A DNA stretch of 64,000 nt from Histomonas meleagridis 2922-C6/04-290x (taxonomy: Eukaryota > Protista > Parabasalia), in contig JAANOX010000093.1 in assembly GCA_020184695.1 (NCBI GenBank), positions 62,001-126,000 of the forward strand. The letters run 5' to 3'. This document shows positions 11,398 to 23,036 of this stretch, in pieces. The notes under the pieces are model-generated. The model was not told the origin of the DNA. It saw only the letters and a program-made list of their open reading frames with translations, and made no database searches. Position 1 is the stretch's first letter, and each line of letters starts with the position of its first letter. The position numbers were made by a program, and so were the translations under genes.

Positions 11398-12477
11398 TTT
11401 TTATAACCTCTTTATTTTCGTTAAATTTTCCCTTTTCATAAACATTTTTGAATATGATTTTTTGATACCGGTGACTTTTTTAACCATATTAACATGATAC
11501 ACCATATTAACATGGTGTAAGCAACAATGAATACCAAGGAGAGGAAAACATAATAATGGCGTATTGGTGTTTTTGTTTTCAATTGAATTTTTCAGAAAAT
11601 TATTGAAGTAATTAGGTGATGTGATCTCATTCAATTTTCCAAAGTGACAAAAATATGGAGAGCACAGAAAACAAGGACAAACTATTGAAAAATCTCGGGA
11701 CTGCTTTTCTAATTGAGAAATATTTATTGAAAAATTTGGAGTTTTTTAATAGTTTATAATGGGTTTTTAAAACAGCTTACACAAAGCGCCGTAGTTTCTA
11801 AATTTTTACTTTTTTGAAAAAATGCTCGATATTTGGATGAAATATGATCAAATAACATCATAATCAGCACTTCAAATGACATTTCCAAGTCAATTAATAG
11901 ATAACTTTTATTCAAATCATATTTCATGTTTTTTAATACATTAATTTCGAAACAATTTGCAAAACAAATGTAACCTATAACAAGACAAAAAAATTTTGCT
12001 CCATATTTGCTTCAAATAATTAAAAATTTTCCGAAATATTCTTAAAGTTTACATTAAATTCATATATTGCATGTTTTAATATCAAAATCAAAGAGCTTGA
12101 TTAAACTTATTGTTCATATTTTATTACAGAAAGTATAAACTCAAATTATATTATCAAAAAATCAAACAAGTATTAATTCAGTGCTTCATATATAAAAATC
12201 ACAATTGCAATATTCAATGTTCTCATAAGTGTAGCCTGAATTAATTTATATTCGTGAAATTGAATATTGCATTCCAGTTATTTAATTTAATATTTTTTGT
12301 ATCGTATTTTCAAAAATTGAGTCAATGGTCGGCCATATCACCCACAAACATTCATACGAAAAATAACTTCTGAGTTCGAATTTTATATCGTCTCATTCAA
12401 AATTTTATTTCAAAAACACAATTTTTGTGCATCGACACTTTTTCGTTTATTCTGAATTTCCACAAATTTTATCATTC

Positions 12478-14895
12478 ATGTCAGCCCCTTTACCACGTGA
12501 ACAACTCGACATAATCAAACAAATGATAACTCTTCAACATATGAAAGAAGGGGAAAATGCGTATCTAATATCAACAGAATGGTTAAAATCATGGAAAAGA
12601 TATGTTGGTTATGGCTCATCTGCATCAGGAGATCATCCCGGGCAAATTATAAATACGCATTTATTATTTCAAGGGAATATTCTTCATAAAAGTGTTAAAG
12701 AACATTTACATTTTGAAGTTTTGACCTTTCCAATTTGGTCTCTTCTTCATAAATGGTATGGAGGCGGACCTGAAATATCAGTTGAAGTTGTTACGCATCC
12801 ATTTAAAGGACATTTAATACCATTAATTACATTAACCAATTTTATTATATATTATCAAGAAGAATATAAAAAAGTTTCGATATCAATTTTCAAAAAGGTT
12901 AAAGAATTAAAAGTGTTATCATGTAATGAATATGGTGTTGATCCTGATAACTTTGTCTTACGTGATTATTGGAATTTAAAAGTTGGGAAATATTTAAATG
13001 AAAACATTACAATTATCGAAAATGTTCTATCAGCAGATCAAGAATTGATATTAGAAAGAATTAATGAACAACGAATCAATGAGAAAACAATTTCAGCTGT
13101 TCCTGAAGCTATTACATCATTAACATATCAAAATCGGAATAAGATAACAATCACGAAACTAATTAATAATCAATCAGTCACTAAATCTTTATCACATCAT
13201 ATCGAATTCCAAACATCGACTTCATATTCTAATGCAAATGGCGTTTGTGGACTTCAAAACATTGGTAATTCATGTTTCTTTAATGCTTCACTTCAATGTT
13301 TATTTCATACGCAACCATTAATTGAATATTTTAATGATGATAAATGGAGAATTAAAGTTAAACATTCCAATACTTATGGGAACATTGTAAGTTCTTTTGT
13401 TTTATTAATGAAAGAATATTGGTCAGGTAACTTAAATGTAATAGCGCCACGAGAATTACGTAATGTAATTAATCGATATGCACCACAATTTGCTTCTTAT
13501 CAACAACAAGATGCACAAGAAATGCTTTGTTTTATATTGGAGTCAATTCATAATGATTTAAATCAAACTTCTGAACAATTCATTGAAAAAAATGATCAAA
13601 TAACACAAGAAAATGTTTGGGAAAACTTTTTGTTGTTGAATAATAGTATTATAATTAATTTATTTTATGGAATGTTTAAGTCACAAATTCATTGTCCAAA
13701 TTGTAAAAATCATAAAACAAAATTCGAACCATTTATGTGCTTAAGTTTATCTGTTCCTTCTGATGACATTAAATCATCGCCTTATTTCTTATTCATTCCT
13801 TATGACCCACAAAAACCAAAACGACAAATGCGAATGAAAATTCTTTTAAATGAAAAATCAGAAGAAAAAATTTTGCAACGTTTAAGAGAAGAAACTCAAA
13901 TACCAAATCTTTATGTTGTTTATGCGGAAATATCAAATACTAAACAAACAATAAAATGGTTAAATAAGCCTAAACAAGTACAATTTGATTATACATTAAA
14001 TGTCTTCCAAATTCCAGATCCAAATAAATTTTATTCAATAGTTTTCTTAAATGGACCAAAGAAGAAATATATTGATGGACCATTTCTTATAGAGATAAAA
14101 AGAGATATGAATAAGAAAGAAATACAACGAATATGTATGAAACATTTTGATTATTTATGGGATAATAAATATAAAACTAAATTATATACAAATACAAAAG
14201 AAATTAATCAAATGAAAATATTTTTCGATAAATTTAATCATAAAAAGAAAAAGAAAACTCAAAAAATTATTATTTCAATAAGTTCATTATATCGATCTTT
14301 ATCAAAACATTCTTCATTATTAAAACAAGATCAAAGTATTATAGCTAAACGACATATCAAAGCAAAAATAAATCCATTTTATACATCCGATATAAATTGG
14401 AATTGTTTATTTAGAGAAACAAAAGAACTTTCGATTCATGGAAGTGGTTCTGGTTCGATAACATTAGATGAATTAATCGAAAAATGTTTTAGAACAACGA
14501 AATTGGACACCGCAAATTTATGGGAATGTCCCCATTGTAATGAGTATGTACAAGCAGAGAAAAACTTGTGCATATGTAAAATGCCAAAGATATTAATGAT
14601 ACATTTGAAGAGATTCCAACAAACTTTACAAGGAATACATCGAAAGATAGAAACAAACGTGATATATCCATTGGAGTTGAAAATGGGTAAATATTTGTGC
14701 GATGGAAATGGAGTCGCAAATTATAAATTGTTCGGTGTCATAGAGCACATCGGATGTATGAACAATGGACACTACATAGCAAAGAACTGCATAAACGGAA
14801 ACTGGTTCTTGTTCAACGACTCAAGCGCGAGAAGATGCAACGAAGCAAACGTCCACTCGCCGAAGGCGTATATATTGATGTATCAACTGGTGTAA
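12478..14895 (+). CDS. ubiquitin carboxyl-terminal hydrolase, USP4/11/15-like (DUSP-UBL-peptidase C19)
   Basis: DUSP (YLISTEW…PGQIIN…WYGGGP), Cys box GLQNIGNSCFFNASLQCL, QQDAQE, His box HIGCMNNGHYIA. Confidence 0.92.
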   Translation: MSAPLPREQLDIIKQMITLQHMKEGENAYLISTEWLKSWKRYVGYGSSASGDHPGQIINTHLLFQGNILHKSVKEHLHFEVLTFPIWSLLHKWYGGGPEISVEVVTHPFKGHLIPLITLTNFIIYYQEEYKKVSISIFKKVKELKVLSCNEYGVDPDNFVLRDYWNLKVGKYLNENITIIENVLSADQELILERINEQRINEKTISAVPEAITSLTYQNRNKITITKLINNQSVTKSLSHHIEFQTSTSYSNANGVCGLQNIGNSCFFNASLQCLFHTQPLIEYFNDDKWRIKVKHSNTYGNIVSSFVLLMKEYWSGNLNVIAPRELRNVINRYAPQFASYQQQDAQEMLCFILESIHNDLNQTSEQFIEKNDQITQENVWENFLLLNNSIIINLFYGMFKSQIHCPNCKNHKTKFEPFMCLSLSVPSDDIKSSPYFLFIPYDPQKPKRQMRMKILLNEKSEEKILQRLREETQIPNLYVVYAEISNTKQTIKWLNKPKQVQFDYTLNVFQIPDPNKFYSIVFLNGPKKKYIDGPFLIEIKRDMNKKEIQRICMKHFDYLWDNKYKTKLYTNTKEINQMKIFFDKFNHKKKKKTQKIIISISSLYRSLSKHSSLLKQDQSIIAKRHIKAKINPFYTSDINWNCLFRETKELSIHGSGSGSITLDELIEKCFRTTKLDTANLWECPHCNEYVQAEKNLCICKMPKILMIHLKRFQQTLQGIHRKIETNVIYPLELKMGKYLCDGNGVANYKLFGVIEHIGCMNNGHYIAKNCINGNWFLFNDSSARRCNEANVHSPKAYILMYQLV

Positions 14896-15005
14896 AAAAT
14901 GTTTTGTTTTGTGTTTGTTGTGAATGAAAATGAACTGAATTAAAGTGTTCCGTAATGAGAAATTTCGTATTGATATGAAATTGTATAAAAGTGGGAAAGA
15001 AAATG

Positions 15006-15078
<73 letters not shown>
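15006..15078 (+). repeat. poly(A) tract of about 73 nt
   Basis: Uninterrupted A run about 110 nt after the USP stop codon. Confidence 0.95.
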
Positions 15079-15083
<5 letters not shown>

Positions 15084-15227
15084 CTTAACAAGATAAGTCT
15101 TTTATGTATTAAATACCCAAGCCTCCAAATGATATTAAATGCTTTGGCATCTCATGAGATCACATAAAACATTCCAAACATTTAATTTATTAATTGAATT
15201 ACAAGTGCACTTGTACAGTACAAATTC

Positions 15228-17036
15228 TTATTTCACCTGATACATCTCTTCCACATTTTTACAATGATAAATTTCATCTGTTTGCCACGAGTTCATCAGA
15301 TATTCCATGAAATCTGTTGCGAGTGTTTTCAGTTGCTCCAATACTTCTGGCGAACGAAACTTTTCAGCAGCAGACACAAGACACGGGCCAAATGTGCCCG
15401 ATAATATTTGGATGTTTGCTCCTGTTTCACTTTTATGTTCCACAAGTTCTTTCAGGAATCCAACCAAATACATTAATGTGTACACATTTATCTTAGGCAT
15501 TAAATCGATAATGTCATCAAACTTTTTATCTTGTGACATTCGAATGAACTCATCAAACAACGAAATCGGAATTACCGAATCGGGCAATAACTCAAACCAT
15601 TTCAAAAGGATATTAGACAGCTCATGAACGCCAGCTGATGCGATTATTTCGATTGTTCGACTTTTCTGGTTAACAACTGAATAAACTAATTCTTTGTCGA
15701 ACCCGTCATCCATAAACACTCCCCATGTTTCAAAGCATCGCTTTTCTTTCATAGAACTAACAACATAAAACTCAATAAATGGAATCGGCAATTTCGAATT
15801 TTGCGCTTTCTGATTCCACATTTGTTCAACTAATGTAACGTTGAAGTATTGCGTTTCAGCTTTAAGTATCTCAAAGAATCCGCGTTTCTTACCAACTAAA
15901 AATCGTGTTTCAAACCGAATAAGTGTTAAAACTGCAATATCAATGATTTGCGCTTGCTTACACTTTAAACATGTGGTCGCAATATGCGCAGCAATACGTA
16001 AATGATTTCGTGTGCTGACGGGAAAAAGTGAGGAGACCGTTAAGAAAAGTTCCCATGTTCGAAGTAAACAGTCGTTTGACGCGTTTGATGTCGTCTGCTT
16101 GACAAGCTGATAAAACATTTCGTCAACGAGATTCTGGTGCTTGTCGAGAATGGATATGATGGATTGAAGGGTAGAATCAGGTTGCTCGTTTTTCAGAGAA
16201 TATTTGATGATCAATTTGGAGAGAGTCGCGGATTCTTTCTTAAGATTGTTGGGAGTGGACTTAAGAAGTGGCTTCTTTAATGGTGTTTGAGAAAAACTTA
16301 TAAGTTCTTGAATTGGTATTAACTTCTTTTGAAGAACTCCACCTGTGGAATGTTGACGGAAATTGGCCTTGGCAAACTCTAAGATGTTATACTGGGCAAG
16401 ATATGATAGAATACAACTTGTCTCTTGAATTTGTCCAAGATGAAATGTTTCTGAAATAATTGAGTTGATCGAAAAAACATCTTCAATATCAATGGCTGGA
16501 TATGGTCCCTTTGGAGGAACTTCTTCTGTTTCACTTTTAAGTTCTGGAATTGGACATTGATTATCTTCAACACTTGAAGAAATTTTGAAAGTAGAAACTG
16601 CCTTCTTTTGAGCAAAAGTGTTATTCTTTAATTTAGAAGCGCTAGATTCATTTTGATTCGCTTGAAATAGAGCACTTTTTGAATGACTCTTTTGATTGGA
16701 ATTAGAACCAATAAAATAAGTAGGACTTCCTTTGGTTATCTTTGGTTTTGGTGGTTTTCCATAAGAATTTTTCTCACCATCTGATATTATTTGTGCAGTT
16801 TTGCTGGAAATTTGTGGTCTTTGAAACACAGCTTTTTCAGGATCAAAGCCAACAACAGATGATAAAGGAGGCGGAACAAGGAAATTTTCATTATCTGAAA
16901 GTTTAAGACTATTATATGATGATTGATTATTGCTTGTATCATTTGTATCACTTGGAAAAACGGCATCAATGACTACATCTGAGTCTCCTTCGCTTTGTAA
17001 GCTATGAGGCTCAAAATCAAACCTTCTTTTGCTCAT
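15228..17036 (-). CDS. MyTH4 + RhoGAP domain protein
   Basis: MyTH4 motif DEMFYQLVKQTT…WELF…LFP; C-terminal RhoGAP-like LLKWFELLPDSVIP…TFGPCL. ATG taken at 17036. Confidence 0.8.
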   Translation of the reverse strand: MSKRRFDFEPHSLQSEGDSDVVIDAVFPSDTNDTSNNQSSYNSLKLSDNENFLVPPPLSSVVGFDPEKAVFQRPQISSKTAQIISDGEKNSYGKPPKPKITKGSPTYFIGSNSNQKSHSKSALFQANQNESSASKLKNNTFAQKKAVSTFKISSSVEDNQCPIPELKSETEEVPPKGPYPAIDIEDVFSINSIISETFHLGQIQETSCILSYLAQYNILEFAKANFRQHSTGGVLQKKLIPIQELISFSQTPLKKPLLKSTPNNLKKESATLSKLIIKYSLKNEQPDSTLQSIISILDKHQNLVDEMFYQLVKQTTSNASNDCLLRTWELFLTVSSLFPVSTRNHLRIAAHIATTCLKCKQAQIIDIAVLTLIRFETRFLVGKKRGFFEILKAETQYFNVTLVEQMWNQKAQNSKLPIPFIEFYVVSSMKEKRCFETWGVFMDDGFDKELVYSVVNQKSRTIEIIASAGVHELSNILLKWFELLPDSVIPISLFDEFIRMSQDKKFDDIIDLMPKINVYTLMYLVGFLKELVEHKSETGANIQILSGTFGPCLVSAAEKFRSPEVLEQLKTLATDFMEYLMNSWQTDEIYHCKNVEEMYQVK

Positions 17037-18056
17037 TTTTTTGACATGGTTTACACAAAGTAAACAATTGAATTGCAATTTTTCAATGCTTTTGAAAGTT
17101 TTCCTGCTCTTAAAAATGAAGCCGATATGAGGTGACTTCACTTCAGTACAAAATTTCGTTATTTCAATGAGAAGTTTTTCGTTAATTTTTTTAATTGATT
17201 ATTTTTTTAATACACAAACATAAGAAATAAGTAATATTATGGTTAAAGAGTGCAAACGTTATCTATAAAATCGAATGTTTTGTATATATTTTGGCTACAA
17301 ATAGAAAAATTGTGAAGGAGTCATCATGGTTTTTTTAATAAATTTTATTTATATTTTATATTTATAATAAACACATATTGGCTAACATGTTTTGCAATTT
17401 ATACTCTATTTTATGTACACAAAATAATAATATTTTCATTTTATTCACTCATGTTTTTTCTGTCGTTATTTGGCTTTCAATTACACCAAAAGTGACTTTA
17501 ACCTTAGCTAAGATGCTAAATATGCTTCAATTCGTTATTTTTGATTCAAAAAAGTTGCTAAGCAATTGAAATAATTAATTATTATTTAAAATGATTATAT
17601 CTATGAATTAGGTCTATAAATCAAAATAAAACACAAGATCCAATATTATTGTTTTAAAGTTTCATATTTAAATTTGATAGGAATCTATTGATAAATTATC
17701 GAGAAATGAAGGATTTCATAAATAGAAGCTTTTTTGCTTTTTTCTTATTTTAGATACATTATTGTTTCAATTTTAATAAATATTATAAATTATCCAAATA
17801 ATAAACACATTACAAGAAAAGTAAACGATAAATTATATTAAAGAAAAAACTTGAAATTTATGGTGATTATGGTAAAAATGTATTATTTTTTCAAAAATTA
17901 AAAGAAAGATATTTTAATTACAAATAAGTGTAACATGTTTATCTTGAGTAGTACTACTTTTATCTGTGATAATACCTTATTATTTTCATTAGAATAATAA
18001 AAACATAATTAACGTACAAAAAAGACGTTAAGTCACTTCAATTCCATATATATAGA

Positions 18057-18064
18057 AACCGTTT
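18057..18064 (+). promoter_or_regulatory. candidate trichomonad M3 (Myb-type) core promoter element AACCGTTT
   Basis: Matches the RRCSGTT pattern, 43 nt upstream of the fibrillarin ATG. Confidence 0.35.
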
Positions 18065-18106
18065 AATGTGGTCGATTCCTTAATTCCATACTTTACAAAA
18101 TCCAAA

Positions 18107-19024
18107 ATGGACCGAGGAAGAGGCCGTGGAGGAAATAGGGATAATGGATCACGCGGTGGTCGTGGTGGCGGCGGCCGTGGAGGATTTAAAGATAAAAAAT
18201 TCAATGGTGATCGAAAAGGCGGAAATGGCGGAAAATTTGATAAAGGTCGTGGCGGTCGCAACGATCGTGGTGGCAATAATCGTGGCAATCGTGGATCACG
18301 TGGAGGAAACAATGATAATAACAATCGTCTTACAATTGAACCATCACCTTTTGAAGGTGTTTTCAAATGCCATTCTAAAGCTGATTACTTAGTTACAAAG
18401 AACCTTACCCCTGGTAAGAGTGTTTATGGAGAAAAACTCATGTCAGTTGATGGACCAGAAGGACCTGTTGAATATCGTGAATGGAATCCATACCGCTCCA
18501 AGATAGGTGCTTGCATTCTTAGTGGTTTGGAAAATATGGGTATCAAACCTGGAAGCAAAGTATTATATCTTGGTGCATCAACAGGTACAACTATTTCACA
18601 TGTTTCCGATATTGTTGGTCTTAATGGCCGTGTTTATGGTGTTGAATTTTCTCATATAGTAGCACGCGAATTTGTTAATTTAGCAAAGATGAGACCTAAC
18701 ATAGTCCCAATTATCGAAGACGCAAGACACCCAGAAAAGTACAGAATGTGCGTTCCTATGGTTGATTGCCTTTTTGCTGATGTTGCACAACCTGATCAAG
18801 CGCGCATCTTCATAATCAATGCAAAACATTTCCTCAAGAATGGTGGATTCTTCATGTTTTGCATCAAGGCAAGTTGCGTAGACTCAACATTAGAACCTAA
18901 AGAAGTTTTTCAGACTCAGACAGAAGAGTTGAAGAAAGAAGGTTTCGTGCCTGAGGAAGAAATAGACTTGGAAACGTATCACAGAGGGCACGCAATGGTA
19001 ATAGGAACCTACAGACCAAACTAA
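18107..19024 (+). CDS. FBL: fibrillarin (rRNA 2'-O-methyltransferase)
   Basis: RGG-rich N-terminus; EYREWNPYRSK, VLYLGASTGTT, YGVEFS, FADVAQPDQARI. Confidence 0.97.
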   Translation: MDRGRGRGGNRDNGSRGGRGGGGRGGFKDKKFNGDRKGGNGGKFDKGRGGRNDRGGNNRGNRGSRGGNNDNNNRLTIEPSPFEGVFKCHSKADYLVTKNLTPGKSVYGEKLMSVDGPEGPVEYREWNPYRSKIGACILSGLENMGIKPGSKVLYLGASTGTTISHVSDIVGLNGRVYGVEFSHIVAREFVNLAKMRPNIVPIIEDARHPEKYRMCVPMVDCLFADVAQPDQARIFIINAKHFLKNGGFFMFCIKASCVDSTLEPKEVFQTQTEELKKEGFVPEEEIDLETYHRGHAMVIGTYRPN

Positions 19025-19228
19025 AATAAATAAATATCAGAAATTTTGCTAAAAAATTTTACGAATGTATTAACATTTTTTGTGCTCTAACGAAGATTTG
19101 TCAAAAATAATTAATCAATTTTCATCATATTATTACTTTTTTATGAGAAGATCTCTAATTGTTAAATTTGAAATCGGGTGCCCCAGAGTACGTTTAGACT
19201 CAAAATCATTAAAATTTTAATTTTCTAA

Positions 19229-20194
19229 ATGGAACGCGGTAATCAAATTGCCGCACTAAGAAAACACTCAACAAAAATAAACCCTCAGGTTTCCGTCAAG
19301 CCAGTAACAAAAACTAATCCTAAACCACTACCAATTGAAATTGTTGATATACCAAAAAGCGAAACTCCATTACAATCTCAAAAACGCTCACTTACTCAAA
19401 AGCTTGTTCATCTTAACACTGAGTATTCAATTGAAGAGCGTAAGAAAGAAAAGCTTCAATCAGATCTTTCACAATCACGTTCCCGAACAAAAAGTAATTT
19501 CGACTCTTCCACTGAACTCCGTTTAAAAATGATGAGTTCTAGGCTTGACGATCTTCGTAACAATTATGACGAAAATCTTCATCAACTTGATCGTCTCCGC
19601 CATCAACTTGATACACTTCGCGCATCTCTTTACACAAAATCTTCTCCACCTAACAACGCTCTCCCATTTCACCACTGCATCACACCACTCAGCGCTCGTG
19701 AGCTTTCAATGCTTCCTCCTCGTCACACTCGCGCGTTAACTCTTCAACCTGCAACTTCACACGCATCGATGCGAACTGTTGACGTGAACAATCTGAGCCA
19801 ACTGTTATATTTCACTAATACACTTGAGCATGAGAACGAATCACTAACGCAAATCATTTCTGCTCGTCGTACATCATTAAGCGAATTACGTTCTGAAGTC
19901 ACACAACTCGAGTCGCAGTATGATGAGTTGTTGAAACAATGTAATGCAAATGAAAATGAGCAAATCAAAGAACTTGTGAAAATTTCTTCAGACATAAGCG
20001 CAGCACAAGAAGAAGTTAAATCGCTTCAAAGCGCTTTGTCTGATGAAAAGTCTCAATTTGAATGTGCAAAAAATAATATTTTGGATCTCGCAGCAGCGCT
20101 CAATTGCGATGGCTGCGAAATTAACTCAAACGACGACGTCATAAAAGTGTTATCAATAATCGAAAAATCTGTTTCGGAACTTCAGCAGCAATAA
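19229..20194 (+). CDS. hypothetical coiled-coil protein
   Basis: 321-aa ORF with heptad-rich segments. Confidence 0.7.
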   Translation: MERGNQIAALRKHSTKINPQVSVKPVTKTNPKPLPIEIVDIPKSETPLQSQKRSLTQKLVHLNTEYSIEERKKEKLQSDLSQSRSRTKSNFDSSTELRLKMMSSRLDDLRNNYDENLHQLDRLRHQLDTLRASLYTKSSPPNNALPFHHCITPLSARELSMLPPRHTRALTLQPATSHASMRTVDVNNLSQLLYFTNTLEHENESLTQIISARRTSLSELRSEVTQLESQYDELLKQCNANENEQIKELVKISSDISAAQEEVKSLQSALSDEKSQFECAKNNILDLAAALNCDGCEINSNDDVIKVLSIIEKSVSELQQQ

Positions 20195-20216
20195 AACATT
20201 TTTTTGTTGAGTAAAC

Positions 20217-22681
20217 ATGGCTATTCAATACATCAAAGATAAGGGTATCAAGCTCACAAACATCCAAGCCGATGATATTGTCGATAAGAACCTTAAGCTT
20301 ACATTAGGTCTCACGTGTATGCATCAACAAGTTCCAAATCGAAGATATCTCTGTTGAAGAAGCAACAGCACGTGATGCTCTTCTTATCTGGTGTAAGAAG
20401 AACACCCAAGGCTATGATGGTGTTAACATCACTAACTTCACCACATCATGGTCCTCAGGTCTTGCTTTCTGCGCATTAATCAACCACTTCCGTCCAGAAC
20501 TTCTTGACTACAACTCACTTGACAAAGAAAACCATGCCGATAACTGCAAGAAAGCATTCGAAGCCTGCGAGAAACTTGGTATCACAGTCTTCCTTGATGT
20601 TGAAGATCTTGTTGACACAACACCAGATGACAAATCTGTTGTTACACAAGTTTCCGAATTCTTCCACTTCTTTGCTTCCGAAACTAAGGTTCTTGCCTTA
20701 GCTGAGAAGGCCAAGAAGATTGTTGGAATCCAAAAGCAAATCTACGAACTTAAGAACAACTATGATGAACAAGCCAAGGTTTTCATGGATGCTCTTAACG
20801 AAGCTAAGAACAACTTATTAGCTGATGATTATGAACAAACAGTTCCAAGCGTTAAAGACAAACTTGTCAAAGTTGTTAAGTTCGGTCGTGATGAACGTCC
20901 AAAGCTTGTTGAACTTCGCGGTACAGCCATCAGAACATGGACACAATTAGTATCAAACTGCAATTCACACAATCGTCAAATCCCAACACCACCAGAAGGC
21001 CTCGAACCAGAAACACTCACCAAGGCACTCGAAGAAACCGAACAAATCCAAGGCAACAGGAGCACCGAACTTAAGGAAATTTTTCATAACCTTCAAAAGT
21101 CAAAGATTGATGACTTCAATGAGAAGTGCGATGCAATTGCCAACAAGTGCAATGAAATCCGTGAGAAGTCCGAACAATAAGATATCCTTAATGATCTTCT
21201 TGAAGAAGCCAAAGGACTTTCAGCATCAGAACTTCAAGCACCATATGATGAACTTGTTCAACTTCAATTAAACACACGCGCCAAGTACACAGTTTACTCC
21301 ATCCAAAGCGAAATCGATCAACTCGTTTCACTCTTAACACGTCTCATTGACCAAAAGAGAGCACGTGATATCGAAAAGGAGAACAAGGCTAAGATCGATG
21401 CATACAATGAAAAGGCACAAGACCTTAAGGTATCACTCGAAATCGAAGGCTAACTCGAACAACGCCGTGAACACTTCATCAACAAGATCAAGGAAATCAC
21501 CGAAAAGAGAGAAGGTATCAACAATCTTACCATAAGCTTGAACAAGAAAGTCTTCACCTTGAAATCGAAAACACACCACAAGTTATCTCATCAATGTACG
21601 CATGTGTTCTTGCACAAGCTACAAACTCATTGAATGAGATCTACAACACAATGGTTCAAAGCTATGATGCTAAAGCAGCAGAATTCATCGAGCGCATCAA
21701 GCCAATCGAAACATCTGCCAAAGAACTCGAAGGTTGACTTGAAGACAAGAAGCAAAAGCTCGAAGAACTTCTTGGCCAAGCAAAAGCAATCACACCAGAA
21801 ATCGAACAACTTGATGCACCATTCGAAGAACTTACACAATACAAACTCAACTACAAGGCTAAGGCATCGCCAACAGATGTACTCGCTTCAGCAGATGCAC
21901 TTGTTGCTACAATCAATCACTTGATCCAACACAACGAAGGTGAAATCATTGAAACAAGAAACAGCTCAAAGATCTCAGAATACAACGAGAAGGCTAATGT
22001 CATTCTTGAAACCGCTAAAGCACTTGAAGCATCACTCGATGGATTTCCAGAATCTAACGAAGAGAAGTTAACAGCACTCTTCGAGAAGCAAAAGGAAGTT
22101 GAAGCCGAAAAAGGCAAAGTCGAAGAAATCCTTCCATTATACGAAGAAATTGAAAAGGATTCACTCGAAACTGAAGTCGAGAACTCACCGTCAGCCATTT
22201 CACAATTCTTCGCTAACACATTAAGACATAGATCCAAGAAGCAGACAAAGCAATTGCAGCTGCTAAGGGTCTCGAAATCTCTGAAGAACAACTTAACGAA
22301 TTCCGTGAAACATTCGACCACTTCGACAAGGACAAGAGCAAGACGCTCGAGCCATACGAACTTAACGCGTGCCTTACATCACTCGGTGAGACTTCTACTG
22401 AAGATGAATGCAAGGAAATCATCAAGAAGTACACCGGCGAACAAGAGAAACTCGACTTCGATAACTACGTCAAGTACATGCTCGACAGATTCTCTAAGGC
22501 AGAATCAGCAGACGCAACTAAGGAGGTATTCAGAGCTATCGCACACAATAGCCCAATAATCAACGACGAACAATTAGCAAGATACTTCAGCCCAGAAGAC
22601 GCTGAATACCTTAAATCTGTTATGACACCAGTAGAAGGAGGTTATGACTTCCAACAATGGGTTGACTCAATCTACCAATAA
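20217..22681 (+). pseudogene. alpha-actinin-like gene, 5'-truncated and multiply frameshifted (pseudogene or poor consensus)
   Basis: CH-domain motifs (LLIWCKKNTQGY…SWSSGLAFCALINHFRP), spectrin/coiled-coil rod and EF-hand C-terminus are spread over several frames. Confidence 0.8.
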
Positions 22682-23036
22682 ATTGATCACATACATTCAA
22701 TCGTTTAATTTATTTTTTTCTCTTCAAAGTACTTAAATCGTCGTATTCAGATTTTGTTGAACTTTCTCAGAGAACTCTTAGAAGAATATAAATTTGATCT
22801 TTAGTGTTAGTGGATGTTAAGTCATTTTCGATATGTGGGACTGCTTTAATAAATTTATATATATGTAATATAAAATAAATTTGGTTGTCAAAAAGCAATT
22901 CTTGTGTTTTTTATATTATTTCAAACAGCACTTATTAGAGCATCTTTATATAAAATTTTGTATTTAAATTGATCCGACTTTAATTCAAAATGTTTACCAA
23001 AAAATTGTGAAGAATTGAAGTGATTTATTTTTCCAC

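Noticed and set aside
12427-12477. Non-ATG N-terminal extensions in the ORF track (also 17141, 18068, 34855, 36718, 38599, 54047, 63979)
   Set aside because: The track starts at GTG/TTG codons. Homology and Inr-like TCAY motifs favour the first downstream ATG.
14813-15091. Poly-Phe ORF on the minus strand
   Set aside because: It is simply the antisense translation of the poly(A) tract.
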